Assembly (NCBI GenBank): GCA_963826065.1
Contig: CAWGVP010000006.1
Location: 128,336-192,335 of the forward strand
Source: an uncultured Gemmatimonadales bacterium
GTDB lineage: Bacteria > Gemmatimonadota > Gemmatimonadetes > Gemmatimonadales > GWC2-71-9
DNA length: 64,000 nt
Direction of reading: 5' to 3'
The position numbers and the translations under genes were made by a program. Numbering within the stretch: the stretch's first letter is position 1; each line of letters begins with the position of its first letter. This document shows, piece after piece, positions 1 through 9,615 of the stretch. Below the pieces are notes generated by a model. It was not told the origin of the DNA, did no database searches, and was given only the letters and a program-made list of their open reading frames with translations.

Positions 1-109
1 GCACGTCGGCGGCGATGCCGGCAGGCAGCATGGATCGGACCTCGCTCAGGGTGAGCGGGCTCGCAATGCGCAGGTCATAGCACACGGTGGATGGTCCCGA
101 GCCGGGACC

Positions 110-478
110 TCAGATGGGCAGCTCGTCCCGGATCAGCACCAGGATCGCCGCCTGGGGCACGACCAGGTATTTCTTCTCCTCGAACGAGATCTCCACCGCG
201 GCCTTGCGGAAGAAGATCGCGTGATCGCCGACGCGTGCCTGCATGCCGCGGGCCTTACCCTCACGGCTTTCCACCTTCCACGGCTCGTCGTCGAGGGTGC
301 TGACGTCGGCGACCGGATCGCCGGGCCCGGTCGCGACGATGAGCCCGGTCTGCACCTGCTGGGAGTCGATCGCCGTGGCCGGCAGGTACAGGCCGACCCG
401 GGTCCGGTCGTCGCCTTCCTCGGCGGCGATCAGGACCCGGTCGCCCACGACCAGCAATTGTCTCTTCGGGAAATCCAT
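110..478 (-). CDS. GroES/Cpn10-family co-chaperonin-like protein (divergent, no adjacent groEL)
   Basis: Lies in ORF 110..514(-). The ATG at 478 gives MDFPKRQLLVVGDRVLI..., which fits the GroES N-terminal 'P.gDRVLv' pattern. The C-terminal 'KYLVVPQAAILVLI' fits the GroES tail. At 122 aa it is longer than canonical GroES. Confidence 0.6.
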   Translation of the reverse strand: MDFPKRQLLVVGDRVLIAAEEGDDRTRVGLYLPATAIDSQQVQTGLIVATGPGDPVADVSTLDDEPWKVESREGKARGMQARVGDHAIFFRKAAVEISFEEKKYLVVPQAAILVLIRDELPI

Positions 479-509
479 TTGAGCCGAATCCGGCGCGATG
501 TGCGTAGTC

Positions 510-574
510 GTCACCCTGACGAAGCGAAGGAGCCATGGGTCTGGTCATGCCTCCTTCACTTCGTTCAGGATGAC
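510..574. repeat. Palindromic REP-like element, copy A (degenerate), between greA stop and the GroES-like gene
   Basis: Left arm is gtcaccctgacgaagcgaaggagccatg. Right arm is catgcctccttcacttcgttcaggatgac. It shares the core GTCATCCTGA(G)CGnAGCGAAGGAG with copies at 21361, 40939 and 50247. The stem is imperfect (one indel, three mismatches). Confidence 0.75.
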
Positions 575-585
575 ACTTGACATGC

Positions 586-1092
586 CTATACTCCGCGATG
601 CTCACGCTTGCCGTTACCGTTCGCCTCCGCCTGATGGACGGTGACCAGTCCCGTGATGCGGAGGCGCCGCGTGGTCGTGGGCAGCCGCAGGCCGATCTCG
701 TCCCCCACACGGCCGTTCGCGAGCGCGCGGCCGAGCGGGGAGGCGAGCGAGATGTGTCCGGCGTCGATGTCCATCATCTCGGCGAGCACGACGATGTAGG
801 TATCGGTGTCGTTGGTCTCGAGGTCGAGCACCGTGACGGTGGAGCCGAGCCCCACGCGATCGGTCGGTGCCTCGTGATTGGCCAACTGGCCGAGCTGGTT
901 CAACCGCTGGTGGAGCTGCCCCAGTCGCGCCTGAACGAACTGCTGGCGCTCGAGGGCGGCCTTGTACTCGGAATTTTCCCGCAGGTCGCCGAGCTCGACG
1001 GCCTGGGCGATGGCCTGAGGAAGAAGGACGTTGAGTTCGTGGCTGAGCTGGTCGACCTCGCGGCTCAGCTTCTCCCGCATCTCACTGATCAT
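586..1092 (-). CDS. greA: Transcription elongation factor GreA
   Basis: The internal ATG at 1092 in ORF 586..1344(-) gives MISEMREKLSREVDQL.... The motif 'GDLRENSEYKAALERQ' is typical of the GreA coiled coil. 168 aa. Confidence 0.9.
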   Translation of the reverse strand: MISEMREKLSREVDQLSHELNVLLPQAIAQAVELGDLRENSEYKAALERQQFVQARLGQLHQRLNQLGQLANHEAPTDRVGLGSTVTVLDLETNDTDTYIVVLAEMMDIDAGHISLASPLGRALANGRVGDEIGLRLPTTTRRLRITGLVTVHQAEANGNGKREHRGV

Positions 1093-1264
1093 GGTAAAAC
1101 CAGAATAAGGAAGAAGAGCCTGGCGAGGGGAGTCGCCAGGCTGAGTGAAGCTTCGTCGGTGTAAGATACCCTCCGAGCCGGTGAGCGGAAGAGCCCGACT
1201 TTGGAAGTGCATGAATCGTAGCTGTTTAGCGGTCGAGAGGCCGACCTGGGTATATCTTGGAACG

Positions 1265-1945
1265 ATGTCTCCCCTTTTCGGTGCCCGCCTGGCCGCCGCG
1301 ACGCTTCTGGTTCTGGCCTGCGGCGGCCGCCCCGCTGCCGTCACCTCCGCCGAGGCCCCTCCGCTCCCGACCGCCTCCGCCGCCGCCGCCGAGAGCCTGC
1401 TGGTGGACGTGCGGTCGGTGGACAGTACGATCGAGGTGGACGCCCGCTATGCCGGCTCCGACAACTTCACCGGCGCGCCGCTCCCCGGGTACGAGGCGCC
1501 GCGAGCCCTGCTTCGGCGCGAAGCGGCGCTCGCGCTGGGCCGGGTGCAGGCGAGACTGCGCACCGGCGGGCTGGGTCTCCGGGTGTTCGACGGGTACCGT
1601 CCGGTTCGTGCGACGCAGGCCATGATGGACTGGACCGAGCGCACCGGCCGGCGTGAGCTGGTGGACAGCGGCTACATCGCGCGACGAAGCCGCCACAATC
1701 TCGGCGTCGCGGTGGACCTGACGATGGTGGACCTGGCGAGCGGCACCGAGGTGCCCATGGGCACGGCGTTCGACACCTTCACCCCCGCGGCGCACACCGC
1801 GAATGCGGAGGGCCGGATCCGACGTTACCGGCAGATCCTGGTCCGGGCGATGGAATCGGAGGGGTTCCGGAACTACGAGAAGGAATGGTGGCACTTCAGC
1901 TACGAGGTCGAGGGGGCGGTGGCGTTCGACAAGGTGATCAGGTGA
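1265..1945 (+). CDS. D-alanyl-D-alanine dipeptidase (peptidase M15D, VanX/DdpX family), secreted or lipoprotein
   Basis: The ATG at 1265 gives the signal peptide MSPLFGARLAAATLLVLACGG. Family-typical motifs are 'FDGYRP', 'SRHNLGVAVDL' and 'EWWHF'. Confidence 0.8.
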   Translation: MSPLFGARLAAATLLVLACGGRPAAVTSAEAPPLPTASAAAAESLLVDVRSVDSTIEVDARYAGSDNFTGAPLPGYEAPRALLRREAALALGRVQARLRTGGLGLRVFDGYRPVRATQAMMDWTERTGRRELVDSGYIARRSRHNLGVAVDLTMVDLASGTEVPMGTAFDTFTPAAHTANAEGRIRRYRQILVRAMESEGFRNYEKEWWHFSYEVEGAVAFDKVIR

Positions 1946-1986
1946 TCGCGGAGCGGCGGAGCGGCGGGGCGGCGGGGCAGCGGCGA

Positions 1987-3219
1987 ATGCTTGGTCTATG
2001 CGTATTTGGGGGACTCGGGGTCGTGATGCCTGCGCCGGGGGCGGCCCAGGCGGGCTCGCCCGCGGGGCCGGTTCCGGTCGCCCGGCTGGCCGAGCGGCGG
2101 GAGGCGCTGCTGGATCGGATCGGGTCCGGCATCGCCGTGGTCCGATCGGGCAAGCCGCGCAGCCTCGATCGCGACTTTCCCCAGGACAGCGACTACCGGG
2201 AAGACAACGACTTCTTCTATCTGACCGGGCTGGAGGCGCCTGGGGCGTCGCTGGTGCTGATCGGCCGGAAGAACGGACCCGACTCGACGATCCTGTATCT
2301 GCCCGAGCGGGAGGCCGCTACCGAGCAGTGGACCGGCTCGACCCTTGGGCCGGGTCCGGAAGCGAGCCGGCTCAGCGGCGTGGCCGAGGTGCGGGATGCC
2401 TCGCGAGGGGAGACGGAGATCGCTCAAGTGGGGGCCGGGCGGGATCGGCTACCGGTCCGCGATGCGGCGGCGGAAGTGGCCGCCGTTCGGCAGATCAAGG
2501 ACCCGGAAGAGATCCGGCGGCTACGCGAGGCCGTCGCCATCACCGGCGAGGGTCTCCGGGCGGCGATGCGGGCGGCCCGGCCCGGAATGCACGAGTACGA
2601 GCTGGAAGCGCTGGTCGAATACGAGTTCCGGCGGCGGGGCGCCGAGCGGCTCGGGTTTCCCTCCATCGTGGGCTCGGGTCCCAATGCCACCATCCTGCAC
2701 TACGACGAGAACCGCCGGCAGACGCGGCCGGGCGAGCTGATCGTCATGGACGTGGGCGCGGAGTACGGGTACTACACCGCCGACGTCACCCGCACCATCC
2801 CGGTCTCCGGGCGATTCGACCCCCGGCAGCGCCGGCTGTACGAGCTGGTGCTCGGCGCCCAGCAGGCGGCCATCGACGCGGTTCGCCCCGGCACCGACTT
2901 CGCCACTCTCAACCGCGTCGCCCGGGAGTACATGCGGCGCCACTCCGGGAACCTCTGCGGCGGGAGCGGGTGCGACCGCTACTTCGTCCACGGCCTCTCC
3001 CACTGGCTGGGCATGAACGTGCACGACGTCGGCTCCTTCGCCCGGCGTCTGGAGCCGGGAATGGTCTTCACCATCGAGCCGGGAGTCTACCTGCCGGAGG
3101 AGGGCCTGGGCATTCGGATCGAGGATGACATTCTGGTGACCGAGCAAGGTGCGGAGGTGCTGTCCTCAGGGATTCCCCGTACCGTCGAGGAAGTGGAAGT
3201 GGCGATGGGATTTCCTTGA
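1987..3219 (+). CDS. Xaa-Pro aminopeptidase (peptidase M24B, PepP-like) with signal peptide
   Basis: The N-terminal creatinase/AMP_N-like region contains 'DSDYREDNDFFYLTG'. The M24 catalytic part contains 'DVGAEYGYYTADVTRT', 'HGLSHWLGMNVHD' and 'FTIEPGVY..IRIEDD'. The start at 1987 (MLGLCVFGG...) was chosen over the ORF start at 1885. Confidence 0.8.
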   Translation: MLGLCVFGGLGVVMPAPGAAQAGSPAGPVPVARLAERREALLDRIGSGIAVVRSGKPRSLDRDFPQDSDYREDNDFFYLTGLEAPGASLVLIGRKNGPDSTILYLPEREAATEQWTGSTLGPGPEASRLSGVAEVRDASRGETEIAQVGAGRDRLPVRDAAAEVAAVRQIKDPEEIRRLREAVAITGEGLRAAMRAARPGMHEYELEALVEYEFRRRGAERLGFPSIVGSGPNATILHYDENRRQTRPGELIVMDVGAEYGYYTADVTRTIPVSGRFDPRQRRLYELVLGAQQAAIDAVRPGTDFATLNRVAREYMRRHSGNLCGGSGCDRYFVHGLSHWLGMNVHDVGSFARRLEPGMVFTIEPGVYLPEEGLGIRIEDDILVTEQGAEVLSSGIPRTVEEVEVAMGFP

Positions 3220-3298
3220 CCTTCGTCGGTTAAACTGATAATCTGCGCCGTCACTCTCCCTGGTTTGCGTGGATCCTTGCTCACAGGATGCGTAAGGA

Positions 3299-4432
3299 AT
3301 GCACCTTAGGACCTCCGCAGCCCGGCGCAAGGCCGGCGCACTGACCCTGCTCTGCGTGCTGGCGCTGGCCCTGGCGGGCTGCAGCCGGGATCAGTATCCG
3401 CAGACGGCGCTGCTGCCGCTCTCCGATTTTGCCCGCATCGGCGACGACGTCCAGGACACCACGTTCTTCTGGGCCCTGGGCGTATTCATCCTGGTGGAGG
3501 GGGCTCTCCTCTATGCGATCTTCCGGTTCCGCGGCAAGCCCGGCGACCCCGAGCCGTCTCAGATCCATGGCAACACGACGATCGAGATCATCTGGACCCT
3601 GATCCCGGCCCTGATCCTGGCCGCGATCGCGGTGCCCACGGTGAAGGGGATCTTCGAGACCAGCCGCACGCCGGCGGACGCGCTGAAGATCGAGGTGATC
3701 GGGCACCAGTGGTGGTGGGAATTCCGTTATCCCGACGCCGGAGTCACCACCGCGAACGAGATGTACATCCCGCAGGGCCGCACCGTCGAGATCCTCAACA
3801 ACTCGGCCGACGTGATTCACAGCTTCTGGCCGCCGCGCTTCGCCGGGAAACGGGACGTCTTCCCCGGCCGGGAGACCCGGCTCTGGTGGAAGGCCGACTC
3901 GACCGGCCTGTTCCCCGGACAGTGCGCCGAGTACTGCGGGATCCAGCACGCGCGGATGGCCTTTCACATCCGGTCGGTGACCCCGTCCGAGTTCGACCAG
4001 TGGATCGCCCACATGCAGACGCTCGGCCCCAAGGCACCGGCGGCGCCCGCCGCGGCACCGGCGGGCGACTCGCTCAAGACCGCGAGCGCGGGCGCCAAGG
4101 TCCAGGGACCGGCCGCGGATAGCGCGGCGGGCGCGCAGGCCCCCCAGGGTCCGGACTACGCGCAGGGCGAAAAGCTGTTCATGACCAAGGGCTGCATGGG
4201 CTGCCACTCGCTCCAGGCGGTGCAGGCGCCCAAGGGCCTGATCGGTCCGAACCTGGCGAACGTCGGCGCGCGGTCGCACATCGCCGCGGGCTGGCTCAGG
4301 AACACGGACGAGAACCTGGAGCGCTGGATCCGCGAGCCCCAGGCGGTGAAGAAGGGCGTCCTGATGCCGAACCTCGGCGTCACGGTGGAGGAGTCCCGGG
4401 CGCTCAGGGCCTACCTCCGCGCACACAAATAG
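3299..4432 (+). CDS. ctaC: Cytochrome c oxidase subunit II fused to a C-terminal cytochrome c domain (caa3 type), lipoprotein signal
   Basis: Lipobox 'LALAGC', CuA site 'H..(x)..CAEYCGIQHARM', and a C-terminal heme-c motif 'CMGCH'. Confidence 0.9.
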   Translation: MHLRTSAARRKAGALTLLCVLALALAGCSRDQYPQTALLPLSDFARIGDDVQDTTFFWALGVFILVEGALLYAIFRFRGKPGDPEPSQIHGNTTIEIIWTLIPALILAAIAVPTVKGIFETSRTPADALKIEVIGHQWWWEFRYPDAGVTTANEMYIPQGRTVEILNNSADVIHSFWPPRFAGKRDVFPGRETRLWWKADSTGLFPGQCAEYCGIQHARMAFHIRSVTPSEFDQWIAHMQTLGPKAPAAPAAAPAGDSLKTASAGAKVQGPAADSAAGAQAPQGPDYAQGEKLFMTKGCMGCHSLQAVQAPKGLIGPNLANVGARSHIAAGWLRNTDENLERWIREPQAVKKGVLMPNLGVTVEESRALRAYLRAHK

Positions 4433-4441
4433 GATTCGGAC

Positions 4442-6313
4442 ATGGCGACGACTGCCCTAGACCAGCAACACGCGCACGCGGCGGCCCACGGGGAGAAGAC
4501 CGGCCTGTGGAGCTGGATCACCACCGTGGACCACAAGCGGATCGGGATTCTCTACGGCGCCACCGCGTTCTTCTTCTTTCTGCTGGGCGGCCTCGAGGCG
4601 CTCCTGATCCGCATCCAGCTGTCCCGGGCCGACAACAACTTCATGGACCCGGACACCTACAATCAGCTGTTCACGATGCACGGCACGACCATGATCTTCC
4701 TCGCGATCATGCCGCTGAGCTCCGCGTTCTTCAACTATATGATTCCGCTCATGATCGGCGCGAGGGACGTGGCGTTCCCCCGGCTCAACGCGTTCAGCTA
4801 CTGGGTGTTCCTGCTGGGCGGCCTGCTGCTCAATTCCAGCTTTCTGTTCGGCGCCGCGCCCGACACGGGGTGGTACGGCTACGCCAATCTGACGTCGCGC
4901 CAGTTCTCGCCGGGTCTCAACGTGGACTTCTGGAACATGGGTCTCCAGGTCCTCGGCGTCGCGTCGCTCGCGGCGGCGGTGAACTTCTTCGTGACGATCC
5001 TCAACCTCCGGGCCCGCGGCATGACGCTGATGCGGATGCCGGTCTTCGTCTGGATGACGCTCATCACCCAGGTCCTGCTGCTGCTGGCGTTCCCGGTGAT
5101 CGCCGTCGCGCTGATCCTTCTCATGTTCGACCGGTTCTGGGGCACCCACTTCTTCGTTCCGGCCGGCGGGGGCGACCCCCTGCTGTGGCAGCATTTCTTC
5201 TGGATCTTCGGGCATCCCGAGGTCTACATCCTTATCCTGCCCGCGTTCGGCATCATCTCGGAGGTGCTGCCGGTCTTCTCGCGCAAGCCGCTCTTCGGCT
5301 ACGCGGCGATGGTGTTTTCGGGGATCTTCATCGCGTTCCTCGGATTCGGCGTGTGGAGCCACCACATGTTCGCCACCGGCATGGGCCCGATCCCCGACAC
5401 CTTCTTCTCCCTGACCACCATGCTGATCGCCATCCCGACCGGGGTGAAGATCTTCAACTGGCTGGGCACGATGTGGTTCGGCTCGCTCCAGTTCAAGACG
5501 CCGATGTACTTCGCGGTCGGCTTCATCGCGATGTTCATCATCGGCGGGCTCTCCGGCGTGATGCACGCCCCGCCGCCGGCGGACCTCCAGCAGAACGATA
5601 CCTACTTCATCGTGGCCCACTTCCACTACGTGATGTTCGGCGGCAGCATCTTCGCGCTGGTGGCGGGGGCCTACTACTGGTGGCCCAAGATGTTCGGCCG
5701 CATGCTCGACGAGGGCCTGGGCAAGGTCCATTTCTGGCTGATGCTCATCGGCTTCAACCTGACGTTCTTCCCGATGCACTTCGTGGGGCTCAACGGGATG
5801 CCGCGCCGGACCTACACCTACCCGAAGGAGCTGAACCTCGAGGCGCTGAACCAGGCCGAGACGGTGGGGGCCTTCATCCTGGGGCTGTCGTTCCTGGTGT
5901 TCCTGATCAACATCTTCAGGACGTCCCGGAAGCCGAAGGACGCGCCGGCGGACCCGTGGAACGGCGCGACGCTGGAATGGGCCATTCCCTCGCCGCCGCA
6001 GGAATGGAACTTCGACCAGGAGCCCACGGTGCACGGACGCGACCCGCTGTGGGATCTCAAGCGCCAGAACGGTGGCCCGCTGCCGGAGCCGCCGCACACC
6101 AGCGGCGCGGGGATCCACCTGCCCGCCCCCTCGTACTGGCCGCTGATCTCGGCGTTCGGCGTGGCCTCGATCTTCGTGGCGATCATGATGTCGCCCAAGT
6201 GGGGCCCGTGGGGCATCGTGGCGGCGGTGGCGCTGCTGTTCTTCGGGATCTACAACTGGCTGTTCGAGAAGGGCTACTCGGAATTCCGCACGCCGTCGCA
6301 CGGAGGCCACTGA
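4442..6313 (+). CDS. ctaD: Cytochrome c oxidase subunit I
   Basis: 623 aa and polytopic. Carries 'WFFGHPEVYILILPAFG'-type (here FWIFGHPEVYILILPAFG) and 'HHMF' heme-copper oxidase signatures. Confidence 0.95.
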   Translation: MATTALDQQHAHAAAHGEKTGLWSWITTVDHKRIGILYGATAFFFFLLGGLEALLIRIQLSRADNNFMDPDTYNQLFTMHGTTMIFLAIMPLSSAFFNYMIPLMIGARDVAFPRLNAFSYWVFLLGGLLLNSSFLFGAAPDTGWYGYANLTSRQFSPGLNVDFWNMGLQVLGVASLAAAVNFFVTILNLRARGMTLMRMPVFVWMTLITQVLLLLAFPVIAVALILLMFDRFWGTHFFVPAGGGDPLLWQHFFWIFGHPEVYILILPAFGIISEVLPVFSRKPLFGYAAMVFSGIFIAFLGFGVWSHHMFATGMGPIPDTFFSLTTMLIAIPTGVKIFNWLGTMWFGSLQFKTPMYFAVGFIAMFIIGGLSGVMHAPPPADLQQNDTYFIVAHFHYVMFGGSIFALVAGAYYWWPKMFGRMLDEGLGKVHFWLMLIGFNLTFFPMHFVGLNGMPRRTYTYPKELNLEALNQAETVGAFILGLSFLVFLINIFRTSRKPKDAPADPWNGATLEWAIPSPPQEWNFDQEPTVHGRDPLWDLKRQNGGPLPEPPHTSGAGIHLPAPSYWPLISAFGVASIFVAIMMSPKWGPWGIVAAVALLFFGIYNWLFEKGYSEFRTPSHGGH

Positions 6314-6937
6314 GTGTCGGACCACGCGCACGCCCTGGAGACCTCGACCGGACTGGACAGCCGGAAGCTGGCGATCTGGACCTTCATCGGGTCCGAGTGC
6401 CTGTTCTTCGCCACGCTGATCTCGAACTACCTGGTGCAGAAGGGCAAGAGCCTGGTGGGACCGTTCGCCCACGAGGCCTGGACCGACCCGACGACCGGCA
6501 AGGTGATGGAGCCGATCATCGAGATCCCGCTGGTCACCGTCGGCACCGCGCTCCTGCTCTTCAGCTCGCTGTTCGTGGTGCTCGCCCTCTACGGCGCGCA
6601 GAAGGGCAATCGCAAGATGCTGCTGGGCTGGCTCGGCGCCACGCTCTTCTGCGGCATCTTCTTCGTGGGGATGCAGGTCTACGAGTTCACCCACTTCGTG
6701 CACAAGGGCCTGACGCTCCAGCGCAACATGTTCGGCGCCAGCTTCTTCGTGCTGACGGGCTTCCACGGCACCCACGTCACCATCGGGGTGATCTGGCTGG
6801 CCACGATGTTCTTCCTCGCGGTCCGGCGGAAGCTGCCGCCCGAGCGGTCGCTCAACCTCGAGATGGCCGCGCTCTACTGGCACTTCGTGGACGTGGTGTG
6901 GATCGTGATCTTCCCCGTCGTCTATCTGATCAGGTGA
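6314..6937 (+). CDS. ctaE: Cytochrome c oxidase subunit III
   Basis: The GTG start directly abuts the ctaD stop. 207 aa membrane protein with 'FFVLTGFHGTHVTIG' and 'LYWHFVDVVWI' motifs. Confidence 0.9.
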   Translation: MSDHAHALETSTGLDSRKLAIWTFIGSECLFFATLISNYLVQKGKSLVGPFAHEAWTDPTTGKVMEPIIEIPLVTVGTALLLFSSLFVVLALYGAQKGNRKMLLGWLGATLFCGIFFVGMQVYEFTHFVHKGLTLQRNMFGASFFVLTGFHGTHVTIGVIWLATMFFLAVRRKLPPERSLNLEMAALYWHFVDVVWIVIFPVVYLIR

Positions 6938-6944
6938 GGGACCG

Positions 6945-7301
6945 ATGACCGCCCAGGCACCCGCGCCGGAGCATGCCCACGACCACCCGACTCCGGGGAC
7001 GTACGCCAAGATCGGGCTGGTCCTCTTCGTGCTCACCGCGCTCGAGGTCGGTCTCTACGAGTTCACCTTCGGCAAGAGCGCCGGGGCACTCGGCCACGAG
7101 ATCCAGCCGTTCTTCATCCCGTTGCTGCTGCTGCTCTCCGCCGTGAAGTTCGCGCTGGTGGCGATGTACTACATGCACCTGAAGAACGACAGCAAGCTGT
7201 TCAGCGGGGTGTTCGTCTTCCCGCTCATCATCGCCACCATCGTGATCCTCGCCCTCGTCGCGCTCCAGGCGTACCACTGGGCATTCGCCAAATCGGGGTG
7301 A
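6945..7301 (+). CDS. ctaF: Cytochrome c oxidase subunit IV (small prokaryotic caa3 subunit)
   Basis: 118 aa with 3-4 TM helices, immediately after ctaE. Contains 'KFALVAMYYMHLK', typical of the bacterial subunit IV family. Confidence 0.7.
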   Translation: MTAQAPAPEHAHDHPTPGTYAKIGLVLFVLTALEVGLYEFTFGKSAGALGHEIQPFFIPLLLLLSAVKFALVAMYYMHLKNDSKLFSGVFVFPLIIATIVILALVALQAYHWAFAKSG

Positions 7302-8119
7302 GTCCGCTCCTCGCCGTGCTGCTCGACGAGCGGCCACGGCCCATGGTTCCGTACGAGTGGGCGTGGTCGCTGCACCCCAGCGTCCTCATAGGCACCGGGC
7401 TCCTCGGTGCCTTGTACTTTTGGGGGATCGGACCGCTCCGCCGCGACCGCGCGCTGGGCCCGCCCGCGCCGGCCTGGAAGGTCGCGTCCTTCTGCGGCGG
7501 GCTGCTGGTGCTCCTGGTGGCGCTCAACGGCCCGATGCACGATCTGAGCGACTACTACCTCTTCTCCGCCCACATGGTGCAGCACCTGCTGCTCACCCTG
7601 CTCCTGCCCCCGCTGCTGATCGCGGGTACGCCGGGATGGCTGCTCCGGCCGCTGCTCCAGCGACGGCCGATACTGGCCGTGGCCCGGTTCCTCAGCCATC
7701 CGGTGACGGCTGCGGTCCTCTACACGGTCACGATCGCGGTCTGGCACCTGACGCCGTTCTACGAGCTGATGATGCGGAGCCACGACGTGCACATCGCCAC
7801 CCACCTGATGTTCATCGTCGCGGCGACCATCCTGTGGTGGCCGGTCATGAGCCCGGTGCCGGAGCTTCCCCGGCTGTCCTACGGGATGGGGATGCTCTAC
7901 CTGTTTCTGGCCGGGATTCCGATGCAGATCGTGGCCGCGCTGATCACGCTGTCCGATGAAGTGCGCTATCCCTGGTACTCCGCGGCGCCGCGCACCTGGG
8001 GTCTCTCGCCACTGGACGACCAGCAGCTCGGCGGGCTGCTGATGTGGGTGCCGGGAAACCTGTGGATGTTCCTCGCGATCGGAGTATTGTTTTTGCTCTG
8101 GGCACGAGAGACGAAATGA
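7298..8119 (+). CDS. ctaG: Cytochrome c oxidase assembly factor CtaG (caa3_CtaG family membrane protein)
   Basis: The GTG start overlaps the ctaF stop (GTGA). 273 aa polytopic protein with 'MVQHLLLTLLLPPLL' and 'LMWVPGNLWM' motifs, located in the cta cluster. Confidence 0.75.
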   Translation: MSPLLAVLLDERPRPMVPYEWAWSLHPSVLIGTGLLGALYFWGIGPLRRDRALGPPAPAWKVASFCGGLLVLLVALNGPMHDLSDYYLFSAHMVQHLLLTLLLPPLLIAGTPGWLLRPLLQRRPILAVARFLSHPVTAAVLYTVTIAVWHLTPFYELMMRSHDVHIATHLMFIVAATILWWPVMSPVPELPRLSYGMGMLYLFLAGIPMQIVAALITLSDEVRYPWYSAAPRTWGLSPLDDQQLGGLLMWVPGNLWMFLAIGVLFLLWARETK

Positions 8120-9567
8120 GGGCCGCGCACGGAGGCAGTATTGCGGCGAAGCGGCTTCTCCGCTCGCTCCGCCCGCTCCGAATGACGGCCGGTGTCGTTG
8201 CCGTCTGCGTCAGCTCGGTCACCGCCGCCCAGCAGGTCCCCACCCCCGATTTCGAGACCCTCGGCTTCGAGGCCGCCGAACGGCTCGGCGAGTATCTCCG
8301 CATCCGCACCGTCAACCCGCCGGGGAACGAGACCGCCGGGGCGGAGTGGCTCCGGCAGATGCTGGCGAAGGAGGGAATCGAAGCGCGGATCTTCGAGTCC
8401 TCACCGGGGCGTGGCAATCTCTACGCCCGCCTCCCGGGCACCGGATCGAAGCGGCCCATCGTGCTCCTGAGTCACATCGACGTGGTCCCGGCGACGGACT
8501 CCGCCTGGCAGGTGGGCCCCTGGTCGGGCGAGACCCGGAGCGGCGCCGTGTGGGGGCGGGGCGCGCTCGACATGAAGGGCATGGGCATCGTCGAGCTGAT
8601 GACGATGGTGGCCCTCAAGCGGCGAGGGGTGCCGCTCTCGCGCGACGTCATTCTCGTCGCCAACGCCGACGAGGAGACCAACTCCACTGGGGCCGAGTGG
8701 TTTACCCGTGAGAAGCGCGCGCTCCTCCGCGATGCCGAATTCCTGCTGAACGAGGGTGGCCACAACCGGCTGGGGCCCACCGGTCAGACGGAGTACTACG
8801 GGGTAGCGGTGACGGAGAAGGTGCCCTACTGGGTCCGCCTCACGGCCCGCGGGGCGCCGGGGCACGGATCCGTCCCGCGCCCCGACAACGCCGCGGCCCG
8901 GATCTCACGCGCGGTCGGCCGGATCGCCGCCCACCAGACCCCGATCAAGCTCACGCCTCCGGCGGAGCGGTATTTCAAGGGCGTCGCGACCCGGGAGCCC
9001 GATCCGCTCCGGCGTCGGTGGCTGGCCGACCCCGCGGCCGCGCTCCGGAGTCGCGCGGGGCGCCTCTTCCTCACCTCGAACCTGTACTACAACGCGATTC
9101 TCCGGAACACGATCAGCATCACGGTGCTGCGCGGGTCGGACAAGACCAACGTGATTCCCCCCGAGGCGAGCGCGGAGCTCGACGTCCGCCTCCTGCCCGG
9201 CGAGCGGCCGGCGGACTTCGTGCGCGAATTGCGGCGGGTGATCGCGGACTCGCTGGTGGAGATCACCCCGCTCCGGCCGGAGCGCCAGGCCACGATGTCG
9301 CCGCTGGACGGGCCCATGATCGAGGCGATCCGCGAGGCGGTGCAGGCGATGGAACCGGGCGCGCTCATCACCACGCCGATGCTCGCGGGGTACACCGACA
9401 GCTACTACTACCGCGCGATCGGGATCGGGGCGTACGGCGTCAGTCCGTTCCGGCTGTCGGAAGAGGACGCCCGAACGGTGCATGGAAACGACGAGCGGGT
9501 GACCGTGGAGAACCTGCGGTTCGGGGTGGAGTTCATGTATCGGATCGTGGAGCGGGTGGCGCGGTAA
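8116..9567 (+). CDS. M20-family metallopeptidase (carboxypeptidase/dipeptidase-like), secreted
   Basis: The ATG at 8116 overlaps the ctaG stop (ATGA). Has a signal peptide and the M20 motifs 'LLSHIDVVP', 'GRGALDMKG' and 'NADEE'. Confidence 0.8.
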   Translation: MRAAHGGSIAAKRLLRSLRPLRMTAGVVAVCVSSVTAAQQVPTPDFETLGFEAAERLGEYLRIRTVNPPGNETAGAEWLRQMLAKEGIEARIFESSPGRGNLYARLPGTGSKRPIVLLSHIDVVPATDSAWQVGPWSGETRSGAVWGRGALDMKGMGIVELMTMVALKRRGVPLSRDVILVANADEETNSTGAEWFTREKRALLRDAEFLLNEGGHNRLGPTGQTEYYGVAVTEKVPYWVRLTARGAPGHGSVPRPDNAAARISRAVGRIAAHQTPIKLTPPAERYFKGVATREPDPLRRRWLADPAAALRSRAGRLFLTSNLYYNAILRNTISITVLRGSDKTNVIPPEASAELDVRLLPGERPADFVRELRRVIADSLVEITPLRPERQATMSPLDGPMIEAIREAVQAMEPGALITTPMLAGYTDSYYYRAIGIGAYGVSPFRLSEEDARTVHGNDERVTVENLRFGVEFMYRIVERVAR

Positions 9568-9615
9568 GGGGAGCGAAGTCGGCGGGATGACGCCTCAGGC
9601 TGCCCTCGGGTCGCC

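Noticed and set aside
1-85. A possible 5' end of another minus-strand gene: GTG at 85, translating VCYDLRIASPLTLSEVRSMLPAGIAADV..., which runs off the left edge of the window.
   Set aside because: Only about 28 codons are visible and there is no recognisable motif. I cannot distinguish a real gene start from open GC-rich sequence, so it is not reported as a feature.
4457-7036. An 859-aa ORF on the minus strand, antisense to ctaD/ctaE. Similar giant antisense or off-frame ORFs occur at 4507..6948(+), 11235..14264(+), 32334..35585(+), 35516..38116(+), 58944..61331(-) and 43390..45360(-).
   Set aside because: Their compositions are dominated by Arg, Gly, Pro, Ala, His and Asp, as expected from reading GC-rich genes out of frame or antisense. 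Each is fully covered by a gene with clear family motifs on the other strand or frame. I see no independent motif support.
9568-9615. A possible fifth, decayed copy of the REP element between the M20 peptidase and the OMF gene (contains gagcgaag and ggatgac fragments).
   Set aside because: The fragments are short and not arranged as an inverted repeat, and no stable stem can be drawn. The similarity may be chance.
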